From a bacterium (GTDB lineage: Bacteria > Babelota > Babeliae > Babelales > JABCYS01), in NCBI GenBank assembly GCA_027452085.1, contig DAIDHG010000022.1:1-14079 (forward strand): DNA of 14,079 nucleotides. Reading direction: 5' to 3'. The notes under the pieces are model-generated. The model saw only the letters and a list, made by a program, of their open reading frames with translations, ran no database searches and was not told where the DNA came from. Below, in pieces: positions 7,285 through 14,079 of this stretch. Numbering within the stretch: the stretch's first letter is position 1; each line of letters starts with the position of its first letter. The position numbers and the translations under genes were made by a program.

Positions 7285-8117
7285 CCAAGCTCAAACAAAT
7301 TATATTGTTGCTATTAGTCGGCTCGTCCATTCATGCAAAAAATATAATTTGGGATTTGGGCGATACTTTGTTTCGCATCTCGCCATACAAGATGGCATGG
7401 AAGATTGGCATTTGGAATATCGCCAGCTACTCCCTCTTTGATTGGCGCTCTCCCAACATCAAGCATATGCTCTATGATGTGCTTGATAAATTAAATCCAT
7501 CTGAAGAGCATCCGTATGAAATTGCGACTGATAATGAAGGTAGACCAATGCCGATTATCATGCATCATTGGCTGGCAGGTGCGGTGAGTGGCACAGAGGT
7601 TATGAAATCGGTGCGTGAATATATCGATCATCTTGAGCTTCAGCACTATTTTGTGAGTGCACGTGAAAAAAGGTTGTTGTTGGCTGTGTTGGAGCAGATG
7701 TTTAATCCAGAGGCATTTGTAGACACAATTTATCCTATCATGGATGGCATCAATTTGCTGCATGATTGCTATCATGCCAAAGACGCACACGGCAAACTGA
7801 AGAATAAATTATTTGTGCTATCCAATTGGGATGAGGCATCATCAGAGGTTTTGCAGCGACGATATGCTGATATCTTCAACACCTATTTTCATGGTGTGAT
7901 CATGTCTGGCGCGATTGGCTTGATTAAGCCGCAAAAAAATGCTTTTGAGTATGTGCTCAAAACCTACGATTTAGATCCAAAAGAAACAATCTTCATCGAT
8001 GATCAGTACGACAATATCTTAGCCGCGCAATCGGTCGGTATTATTGGCTTGCTCATGTGCCGCGATAATTATAAAACGTTGCGCAATGTGCTCACCAAGC
8101 TTGGTGCGTTAGAGTAA
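7281..8117 (+). CDS. HAD-superfamily phosphatase (subfamily IA-like) with N-terminal signal peptide
   Basis: Motif I IIWDLGDTL, motif II VLSNW, motif III GLIKP, motif IV IFIDDQYDNI. N-terminus MTKLKQIILLLLVGSSIHA/K. Confidence 0.9.
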   Translation: MTKLKQIILLLLVGSSIHAKNIIWDLGDTLFRISPYKMAWKIGIWNIASYSLFDWRSPNIKHMLYDVLDKLNPSEEHPYEIATDNEGRPMPIIMHHWLAGAVSGTEVMKSVREYIDHLELQHYFVSAREKRLLLAVLEQMFNPEAFVDTIYPIMDGINLLHDCYHAKDAHGKLKNKLFVLSNWDEASSEVLQRRYADIFNTYFHGVIMSGAIGLIKPQKNAFEYVLKTYDLDPKETIFIDDQYDNILAAQSVGIIGLLMCRDNYKTLRNVLTKLGALE

Positions 8118-8122
8118 ACAAA

Positions 8123-8782
8123 ATGAATCTGAAGCAGTTCTTGAACGAGCTCAAACTGCATAAAGACAGTGAACGGGCGATAATTGATAAGAACTATCAT
8201 AAATCAAATCGTGAGCATTGGGGTATACCAGTGCCACTCTGTGTAGACATTACACGCTCATTATCCAAGGGGCTTTCCCAGGCAGAACTGCTTTCACTGG
8301 CTACCGAGCTGTGGCAAACCAATATCTATGATGCAATGGTGTGTTGCGCAAAGATTCTATTGCGTGTAAAACCATCCAAAGAACTGTGGCAGACAATCGT
8401 CTATTTCCTCACCTTTGTCGATGGCTGGGCGTTGGAAGATCACATGGCCAAAGCGGCAGCTAAATGCATTTTGGCCGATGAGTCACTTCTGGATGAGTTG
8501 GAGAACTGGACGAAGCATCCCAACTTCTGGATGCGCCGAGCGGCGCTTGTGTATACCTTGCCCTATGCCAAACCAAAGCATGATCCAGAGCGTATGCTCA
8601 AATGGGCTGCTGGCTATGTAGCTGATAAAGAATGGTTTATTCAAAAAGCTATCGGCTGGTGGCTGCGTGACTTAAGTGCGCATGACCCAAAAAGGGTAAT
8701 AGCGTTTGTGAATACCCACCAGCTCAAAGGTGTTGCCAGAAAAGAGGCAACACGGAAATTAAAAAAGCCTTCTCTTGAATAA
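8123..8782 (+). CDS. DNA alkylation repair protein (AlkD-like HEAT-repeat DNA glycosylase family)
   Basis: DGWALED, WTKHPNFWMRRAA and DKEWFIQKAIGWWLRD are typical of the AlkD-like family. Confidence 0.9.
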   Translation: MNLKQFLNELKLHKDSERAIIDKNYHKSNREHWGIPVPLCVDITRSLSKGLSQAELLSLATELWQTNIYDAMVCCAKILLRVKPSKELWQTIVYFLTFVDGWALEDHMAKAAAKCILADESLLDELENWTKHPNFWMRRAALVYTLPYAKPKHDPERMLKWAAGYVADKEWFIQKAIGWWLRDLSAHDPKRVIAFVNTHQLKGVARKEATRKLKKPSLE

Positions 8783-8903
8783 ATCTGAACTTGCTGTTAG
8801 AAAAATACAATTTCAAATTTATTCCCCATTGGCAGAAAACCCCACGGCTTTCAAGCCTGGGGATGAATGCCAATCAGATAGCACGTTGAAGCAAAACGAA
8901 GTT

Positions 8904-8931
8904 TTGCGAGTGCGAATAAGAAAGGCATACT
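8904..8931 (+). promoter_or_regulatory. Probable tnpA promoter giving a leaderless mRNA
   Basis: TTGCGA (8904-8909), 16 nt, CATACT (8926-8931). ATG 8939 lies 7 nt after the -10 and has no SD. Confidence 0.45.
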
Positions 8932-8938
8932 GTGGTAC

Positions 8939-9328
8939 ATGAAGTATCGTAGTGGCGCACATAGCAAACATAGACTCATGTATCATTTTGTTTGGGTACC
9001 AAAGTATCGAAAGCGGCTCCTCCAGGGTGATCTTGCCCAAAGGCTGAAACAATTGCTTCAGCAATGTGCAGAGGTTAATGATTGGGAAATTCATGAACTG
9101 AATGTACAAATTGACCATGTACATATATTGATCCAATTGAATCCCAACGTAAGTGTTAGCAATGCTATGCAATATATCAAAGGCGGAAGTAGCTATGTGG
9201 TCAGAAAAGAGTTCCCCGAACTAGAGGAATTCCTCTGGGGCGATAGCTTCTGGGCCGATGGATATTTTGCCGAGACAGTTGGTAAAGTGGATGAAGAAAT
9301 CATTAGAAACTATGTGAAGAACCAATAA
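8939..9328 (+). CDS. tnpA: IS200/IS605 Y1 (HUH) transposase TnpA
   Basis: YHFVWVPKYRK, IDHVHIL (HUH), KGGSS, LWGDSFWADGYF and IRNYVKNQ (catalytic Tyr). 129 aa, intact. Confidence 0.97.
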   Translation: MKYRSGAHSKHRLMYHFVWVPKYRKRLLQGDLAQRLKQLLQQCAEVNDWEIHELNVQIDHVHILIQLNPNVSVSNAMQYIKGGSSYVVRKEFPELEEFLWGDSFWADGYFAETVGKVDEEIIRNYVKNQ

Positions 9329-9382
9329 ATTCAGTGAACTGTGACCGGAAGCCCCGCGGCTTTAGCCCGGGGAGGAGGTCAC

Positions 9383-9494
9383 TTATTGATTGTACATCAA
9401 CCAGATTGTGTAATGCTGTGGCGGCATCGCTGGAAGCGTTTAATGCACGTGTGAAGCAAAGAATAGTAACAAAAGTGAAACGACTGATCTGCAT
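9383..9494 (-). pseudogene. 5' part of a small secreted-peptide gene interrupted by the IS (3' remnant at 8797-8822)
   Basis: AAGGAG SD then ATG 9494, signal peptide MQISRFTFVTILCFTRALNA. Removing 8823-9382 restores a 45-aa ORF ending ...VQSINKFEIVFF*. Confidence 0.55.
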
Positions 9495-9555
9495 AATACT
9501 CCTTCTGTAGCATAGTTTTGCAAGGGGCAATGAGTATAACAGAATTTTTCGCATC

Positions 9556-9583
9556 TTTACTTTTATGCATTCATTGATATTGT
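9556..9583 (+). promoter_or_regulatory. Possible extended -10 promoter for the outer-membrane protein gene
   Basis: TTTACT (9556-9561), 16 nt, TATTGT (9578-9583) preceded by TGn. Confidence 0.35.
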
Positions 9584-9666
9584 GTCACGCATTGTTGAAT
9601 GCAGGCACAAAAGTGTTGTGCGCGCCATCTACACGTTAACCCAATAAGTAGTGAAGGAACACAAAA

Positions 9667-11172
9667 ATGTTCAGTCGTAATGGAAAAACCTCAGTTTCAT
9701 TGGTTGCTCTTTTAATGGCAACACAGCCATTGGCAGCTGAAGTAAGTTGGAGTGGTTCAATTCAATTGCAACCATTTCTTGATTCGCGCAAAGTAACCGG
9801 TATGTTCGATAATCTATTCAATGCCGGGCCGGCTGCAAAATGCTATGATGCAAATGGCGATGATATGAATGCTCAGGTTCAGTTCAGTTTAAACACGTGG
9901 AGTTCTTTCTTGAACGTGAGCGCATCAAGCGAGCCATACAATGGTTGGAAGCCAAGCGCAGAGCTCGGTTTTGACTTCGTTGGTGCAATGCCGTCAGCAG
10001 GTGCTATGGGGCAAGCGCAGCTTGGATCTGCTTTTGTTATGCTTGACGATGTGATGGATGATTACCACCATATTACTTTTGGCTATGATACTCACCCAAT
10101 TCAGCCTGGCCTGTGCCAACCGGAAGTTATTGGCTATGGTTTTGGTGCACCAATTGCGATCTTCTCTTCTCAGCCGCAATTCCGTTATAAATTCACTGGC
10201 GGAAGTTGCGATGGTAAATTTGGCCTTATGGTTGCTGCGTTAAGCCAGGGCCAGTTACACGCCAGCGATGGTCCTGAAGGTACAACAACCAAATATATTC
10301 GCCAGGCCATTGTTCCAAACCTCTATTTCCAACTTGATTATGAGCGTAAAAAAGATGGCCAAGAAGTATCCTTGTGCGGTGTTGGCGTTGACTACAAGCG
10401 CCTTGTGCCACGGATTGTTGATTCGGCGTGCAACGCTGCATGCCTTGACTGTCTTAAAGACATGGCCGACACCGGCGGCGTGAAATGCTGCGTGGCAAAT
10501 GCATCTACTGGTGGCGGCGATTGTTGCCAAGGGGTATTGCCTTGCAATACTGGCTGCAACCCATGTTCGACCTGTTTTGATGGCGTGTGCACAAATAATG
10601 AAGATGGTAATGATGGCAGCGCGTGTGGAACTAATTGCGTACAGCCTGGCTGCCTCAAGTTCAAAGAACATGTTGATTCAGTGAGTGCCACATTCTTTGC
10701 ATTCAAACAATGGGATTCAGTTACTTTGCGCACCCAAGTTATTTATGCACAAAACTTGGCAGAAATGTATGGCTTGACTGGCTACGTTGTGACTGAAGAA
10801 GATGCTGCTACCGGTAAACGCAAATACGCGCCGACACAGTCAATCGCGGCATGGTTTGATCTTTCATCGTCTAAACAAAAGATTGTTCCTGGTATCTTTG
10901 CTGGATTTAACAAAACGCTTGGTTCAACTAAGAAGATTTGTAAGTTTGATAGCTGTGGCCAACCAATTGCCTATGGTTGGATCATGAACATGGATTACGA
11001 AGTTCGTGTTTCACCGCGCTGCGTCTTTAATATGGGTGATTTCTCAGTCGGCGTTGAGTTTGAATTCTCAGGCGCTGCAATCGGCTCATTGGATGAGAAG
11101 GCCAAGGTGAAAAATGCGCAGTTTACTGCCAACTACCGTACTCTGGTTAACTTACAATATAACTTTGCTTAA
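9667..11172 (+). CDS. Outer-membrane beta-barrel protein (DcaP-like porin) with cysteine-rich segment
   Basis: GAAGGA SD. Signal peptide ending QPLAA/E, alternating aromatic/hydrophobic strands (SQPQFRYKF, PNLYFQLDY, AWFDLS, PGIFAGF, FSVGVEFEF) and C-terminal VNLQYNFA beta-signal-like strand. The DcaP assignment is from recalled resemblance, not a search. Confidence 0.75.
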   Translation: MFSRNGKTSVSLVALLMATQPLAAEVSWSGSIQLQPFLDSRKVTGMFDNLFNAGPAAKCYDANGDDMNAQVQFSLNTWSSFLNVSASSEPYNGWKPSAELGFDFVGAMPSAGAMGQAQLGSAFVMLDDVMDDYHHITFGYDTHPIQPGLCQPEVIGYGFGAPIAIFSSQPQFRYKFTGGSCDGKFGLMVAALSQGQLHASDGPEGTTTKYIRQAIVPNLYFQLDYERKKDGQEVSLCGVGVDYKRLVPRIVDSACNAACLDCLKDMADTGGVKCCVANASTGGGDCCQGVLPCNTGCNPCSTCFDGVCTNNEDGNDGSACGTNCVQPGCLKFKEHVDSVSATFFAFKQWDSVTLRTQVIYAQNLAEMYGLTGYVVTEEDAATGKRKYAPTQSIAAWFDLSSSKQKIVPGIFAGFNKTLGSTKKICKFDSCGQPIAYGWIMNMDYEVRVSPRCVFNMGDFSVGVEFEFSGAAIGSLDEKAKVKNAQFTANYRTLVNLQYNFA

Positions 11173-11190
11173 TAGTTAAAGTTTTTTCCA

Positions 11191-11234
11191 ATTCAAAAAA
11201 AAGGCCGGCCCGTAAGGGTCGGCTTTTTTTGAAT
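11191..11234. terminator. Bidirectional intrinsic terminator
   Basis: ATTC-A8-GGCCGGCCC-GTAA-GGGTCGGC-T7-GAAT between two convergent genes, with a GNRA tetraloop. Confidence 0.93.
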
Positions 11235-11239
11235 GAATT

Positions 11240-12328
11240 TTATTTCACAAAGAGCGCCATGAGGATATCATCAATATATTGCTGCTCATCAAGTTTGATG
11301 TGATCTTTTAAACGTCCTTCTTCGACAAATCCGCATGCTTTGTAGAGCTCAATGGCTTGTTCATTGGTGCTGCGCACTGATAACTCAATCTTTTCGATGG
11401 TGCCCGAATTTTTTGCACATTCAATGAGTTGTTTTAGAAGCTGAGTGCCAATACCTTTATTTTGCCAACCGGCATGAACCACCAGAGATTTTAATTGCGC
11501 CACATGGCTAATGGATTTTAAAGGCGCTATTTCAAGACAACCATGCCCTACAATTTTGCTATGTGATTCCGCAATTAAATAGTAACCGTGTTTGTTGTTG
11601 GATAATCTTTCCAGGGTTGACCTAAAATTTTCAACAACCAGTTCATTCGGCTGTGATATCAGCCTGCCAGGAATTTGCGCTACTTCGCGTTCGGCAGCCA
11701 CTAATGCGGCAGCATCGGATGGGTGCGCTTGCCGCGTGATAATCTTAATTTTCGCATCATTTCTCATTGAATGCTCACGCCATTGTTCTCGGCTGAGTCT
11801 ATAAAGCACATGTTTGCTCAATGGATGATCGGCTGGTAATTTTGGATGAGCAAAATCATCTGATTCTTGGTGAGTCATCCCCAGCCTCTCCATAACCGCC
11901 CGTGAGCGTTGGTTTGCCGGCACGGTGAATGAAACGATTTGTTTGAGCCCAAAATGTTTAAAGCCGACATCAATGGCCGCCTGCGCCGCTTCGGTGGCAT
12001 ATCCTTTACCCCAGTATTGTTTTGCCAAACGCCAGCCAACTTCCACGCACGGTGTGAAATGGGCTTCAAATGATGGAACACTCAATCCAACGCAACCGAT
12101 GAAGGTTCTTGTTTCTTTCAGCTCAACTGCCCACCAGCCGTAGCCCCATCGTTCAAAGCTACTATCCATTCGATTAGCCAATACATTACTTTCCTCTGGC
12201 GAAAGAACTGATGGAAAATATTCCATAACAATAGGATCTGCATTTAATGAGGCAAAGGCTGCTGTATCCTCTTCTTTCCAGCGGCGTAAGTGCAATCTAT
12301 CGGTATAGATATTGTTGATCTTAATCAT
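11240..12328 (-). CDS. Tandem GNAT N-acetyltransferase (RimJ/RimL-like domain plus second GNAT domain)
   Basis: Domain 1: TDRLHLRRW, VEVGWRLAKQYWGKGYATEAA, NQRSRAVMERLGM. Domain 2: VVHAGWQNKGIGTQLL, NEQAIELYKACGF. True start MIKINN at 12328 after AGGA; the ORF-track extension overlaps the MFS gene. Confidence 0.92.
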   Translation of the reverse strand: MIKINNIYTDRLHLRRWKEEDTAAFASLNADPIVMEYFPSVLSPEESNVLANRMDSSFERWGYGWWAVELKETRTFIGCVGLSVPSFEAHFTPCVEVGWRLAKQYWGKGYATEAAQAAIDVGFKHFGLKQIVSFTVPANQRSRAVMERLGMTHQESDDFAHPKLPADHPLSKHVLYRLSREQWREHSMRNDAKIKIITRQAHPSDAAALVAAEREVAQIPGRLISQPNELVVENFRSTLERLSNNKHGYYLIAESHSKIVGHGCLEIAPLKSISHVAQLKSLVVHAGWQNKGIGTQLLKQLIECAKNSGTIEKIELSVRSTNEQAIELYKACGFVEEGRLKDHIKLDEQQYIDDILMALFVK

Positions 12329-12371
12329 GGTGCATCCTGATGGTTGCGCTCTTTCTTTAAATATCCTTGGC

Positions 12372-13607
12372 TCAGGCCTCCATCGATTTGAAGTTCCAAT
12401 AACGAGGCAACGCGATAGCGCATAAGCTAACGCCCAAGAGGCACATTGCGCCACCTGAGACGATGGAAAATCTGGTGCCAAAAGCCGCGGCGACCAAACC
12501 AGATTCTGCGTTACCAAGCATCGGGCCACTCATATAGCTCATCATCTCAATGCCCGCCATGCGCCCGCGCAGATTTTTCGGGATGGTGGTGTTCCATAAT
12601 GTCATTCTGAAGATGCCGCTCATGGCATCAGCGCCTCCTGCGAGTGCTAAAAAGAGAACGGCCAACCAGAATGAATGCGCACAACCAAAGCCAATGATAC
12701 ACACGCCCCAGATGAGCGCTGAAATTGAGATTGCTTTGCCAAATGATCGAATTCGGTGGGTCCAGCCACTGAGTAATGTGGCAACGAGAGCACCTACGGC
12801 TGGCGCTGAATATAAATACCCAACGGCTTGGGCACTCGTTAATGAAGCATCGGCAAACATATCAGCAACGGCTGGGAATAGGGCTGTGGGCATGCCAAAG
12901 ATCATCGCACAAAAATCAACTGCATATGAGCCAAGGAGTTCTTGCCGGCCCCAGGCATATCGCAAACCTTCTTGTATATCGGTCAGCGGTGATGCTGAAG
13001 TGGCGGCTTCAGGAGTTACAAAGGCAATCTGTTTAATTTGCAAAATTGCTAACAAGCTGAGTGCGAAACTCACCCCATCGATTAAATAGGCTGCGGGTAA
13101 ACCAAAGGTTGCGATGCAAAAACCAGCCAATGACGGTCCGCCGACAGATCCAAGGATGCTTTTTAAAGAATTAAGGGCACTGATATGTGCGTAATCTTCT
13201 GGCTTGCCCAATTGTTGCGTCATCGCTTCCAGAGCAGGTCGGTGAAAACCATTAATGGCGGATATGGTAGCTGCTGCAATATAGAGCACCCATTGGCTTG
13301 GTGTTGTTGCCCAGGTATACCATGCCAACAGACCCGTAGATGCAGCCAGCGCAAGTTCGGAACGAATGAGTAATTTTCTACGATCGAAGCGATCCGCATA
13401 GGCACCGCCTAAAAAAGCGGTAATGAGCAGCGGGCATAATTCTGCAATGCTGATCATGCCAACAGAAAATGATGACTGAGTAAGCTCATACATCTGGTAT
13501 GGTAGGGCGATGTACGTCATCATACTGCCAACCGCTGAAATTAATTGGCCAAGGAATAGATAGCGATAATCGCGATGCGTTCGTAAAAAGGTAAGATTGA
13601 TAAGCAT
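12372..13607 (-). CDS. MFS transporter (EntS/macrolide-efflux-like)
   Basis: GGAYADRFDRRKLL (MFS motif A), about 12 hydrophobic segments, IPKNLRGRMAG. Start MLINL at 13607 after GAGG. Confidence 0.93.
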   Translation of the reverse strand: MLINLTFLRTHRDYRYLFLGQLISAVGSMMTYIALPYQMYELTQSSFSVGMISIAELCPLLITAFLGGAYADRFDRRKLLIRSELALAASTGLLAWYTWATTPSQWVLYIAAATISAINGFHRPALEAMTQQLGKPEDYAHISALNSLKSILGSVGGPSLAGFCIATFGLPAAYLIDGVSFALSLLAILQIKQIAFVTPEAATSASPLTDIQEGLRYAWGRQELLGSYAVDFCAMIFGMPTALFPAVADMFADASLTSAQAVGYLYSAPAVGALVATLLSGWTHRIRSFGKAISISALIWGVCIIGFGCAHSFWLAVLFLALAGGADAMSGIFRMTLWNTTIPKNLRGRMAGIEMMSYMSGPMLGNAESGLVAAAFGTRFSIVSGGAMCLLGVSLCAIALPRYWNFKSMEA

Positions 13608-13609
13608 GT

Positions 13610-13945
13610 CTATTTTCCTCGTTCTCGCGCGGCGATCCAATTAAAATACATGAAATAGTTTTCCCAGGCCTCATCTGTGCTTTTGTAGATGTTTGAGCCC
13701 TCAAAATAATCGATGAGCGCTTCCCGAACAATCGTTAATTCTTTGATACGATGATTTTGATTTTTGGGATCGCTCAGTGAGAGGCCTAAAAGTTCGAGGG
13801 CGCGCCTCAAGGCCTCTCTGCTAAAATCTAAATGGCCTTTGTTTTTCCATTTAATAGTGCGACCAACATCCGCTCCAATGTTGGCCAATTGTTCTGAGAA
13901 GCTGAACTGATACCATCTGCCAGCAGCCAATTCTCTGTGAATCAT
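13610..13945 (-). CDS. Conserved hypothetical small helical protein
   Basis: HRELAAGRW...EQLANIG.DV.R...RALELL.L..DPKN..R.KEL...RE is a pattern I recall from uncharacterised proteins of CPR and other uncultured bacteria. ATGA overlap with the upstream gene. Confidence 0.85.
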   Translation of the reverse strand: MIHRELAAGRWYQFSFSEQLANIGADVGRTIKWKNKGHLDFSREALRRALELLGLSLSDPKNQNHRIKELTIVREALIDYFEGSNIYKSTDEAWENYFMYFNWIAARERGK

Positions 13946-14079
13946 TGTACAACCAATTTCGATGTTATTCTTTTGATTGCCTTTTGGATTTGTGGGTTGT
14001 CTACTCCGCGAGTTCTATTGCCTCTAATTGGTCGAATGTTAATCATTGAATCGAACTCTAGCCAATCGTCATCTCCAAA
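13942..14079 (-). CDS. DUF5674-like protein, 3' part (runs off the window edge)
   Basis: Not in the ORF track. Minus frame reads FGDDDWLEFDSMINIRPIRGNRTRGVDNPQIQKAIKRITSKLVVQ*, matching my recollection of the DUF5674 C-terminal motif EFDSMINIRP..N..RGV. Stop TGA overlaps the ATG of the next gene. Confidence 0.8.
   Translation of the reverse strand, partial: FGDDDWLEFDSMINIRPIRGNRTRGVDNPQIQKAIKRITSKLVVQ

Larger units (their letters stand above)
8823..9382 (+). mobile_element. IS200/IS605-family insertion sequence, tnpA-only, 560 bp
   Basis: Left end follows target TTAT (8819-8822), with guide AAAA (8836-8839) and hairpin CCCCACGGCTT..AAGCCTGGGG. Right end has guide GAAG (9348-9351), hairpin CCCCGCGGCT..AGCCCGGGG and terminal TCAC (9379-9382). 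No target duplication or terminal inverted repeat. Confidence 0.9.

Noticed and set aside
8819..9172. 117-aa minus-strand ORF inside the IS
   Set aside because: Antisense shadow of tnpA with no RuvC, zinc-finger or other motif.
8823..9382. RAYT/REP system
   Set aside because: Single hairpins at defined left and right ends with IS608-type guides, no REP arrays, and the protein is typical IS200-type TnpA.
9329..9402. TnpB/IscB omega-RNA and flanking guide
   Set aside because: Only 54 nt between the tnpA stop and the right end, and no nuclease gene in the element.
10429..10653. Heme c or Fe-S binding role for the Cys-rich segment
   Set aside because: No CxxCH motif and no complete ferredoxin-type CxxCxxCxxxCP motif. 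The Sec-type signal and outer-membrane location favour disulfides, though metal binding is not excluded.
12329..12529. 67-aa N-terminal extension of the GNAT ORF
   Set aside because: Overlaps the 3' end of the MFS gene in another frame. GNAT homology starts at MIKINN.
13608..13640. N-terminal extension of the MFS ORF
   Set aside because: Overlaps the upstream gene. ATG 13607 has a suitable SD.
726..13731. Many 60-180 aa alternative-frame and antisense ORFs in the track (e.g. 726-1025, 10255-10671, 12550-13089)
   Set aside because: They overlap well-supported genes and show no recognisable motifs.
1..14079. CRISPR array, rRNA, prophage or tRNA-anchored integrase island
   Set aside because: No regularly spaced direct repeats, rRNA-like sequence, integrase, phage genes or duplicated tRNA 3' end are visible in the window.

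Overview
Ordinary bacterial chromosomal region of moderate GC. It holds a minus-strand tRNA cluster (Val-TAC, Asn-GTT, Asp-GTC), an orphan secreted protein, rpmE (L31) behind a long structured leader, prfA (RF1) and a GT4-like glycosyltransferase. A tightly spaced plus-strand cluster follows: NupC nucleoside transporter, two signal-peptide orphans, a signal-peptide HAD phosphatase and an AlkD-like repair protein. Next are a complete 560-bp tnpA-only IS200/IS605 element with base-resolvable ends, inserted into a small secreted-peptide gene, and a beta-barrel outer-membrane protein carrying a 15-cysteine segment. The window ends with a minus-strand cluster: partial DUF5674-like gene, conserved small helical protein, MFS exporter and tandem GNAT. 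The many signal-peptide orphans, nucleoside uptake and cysteine-rich outer-membrane protein suggest a host-associated diderm bacterium, possibly Candidatus Dependentiae/Babeliota (TM6); that is inference only. The best candidates for new biology are the Cys-rich porin, the secreted protein with repeated RxRxxS/T motifs, and the NupC plus exported HAD phosphatase pairing.
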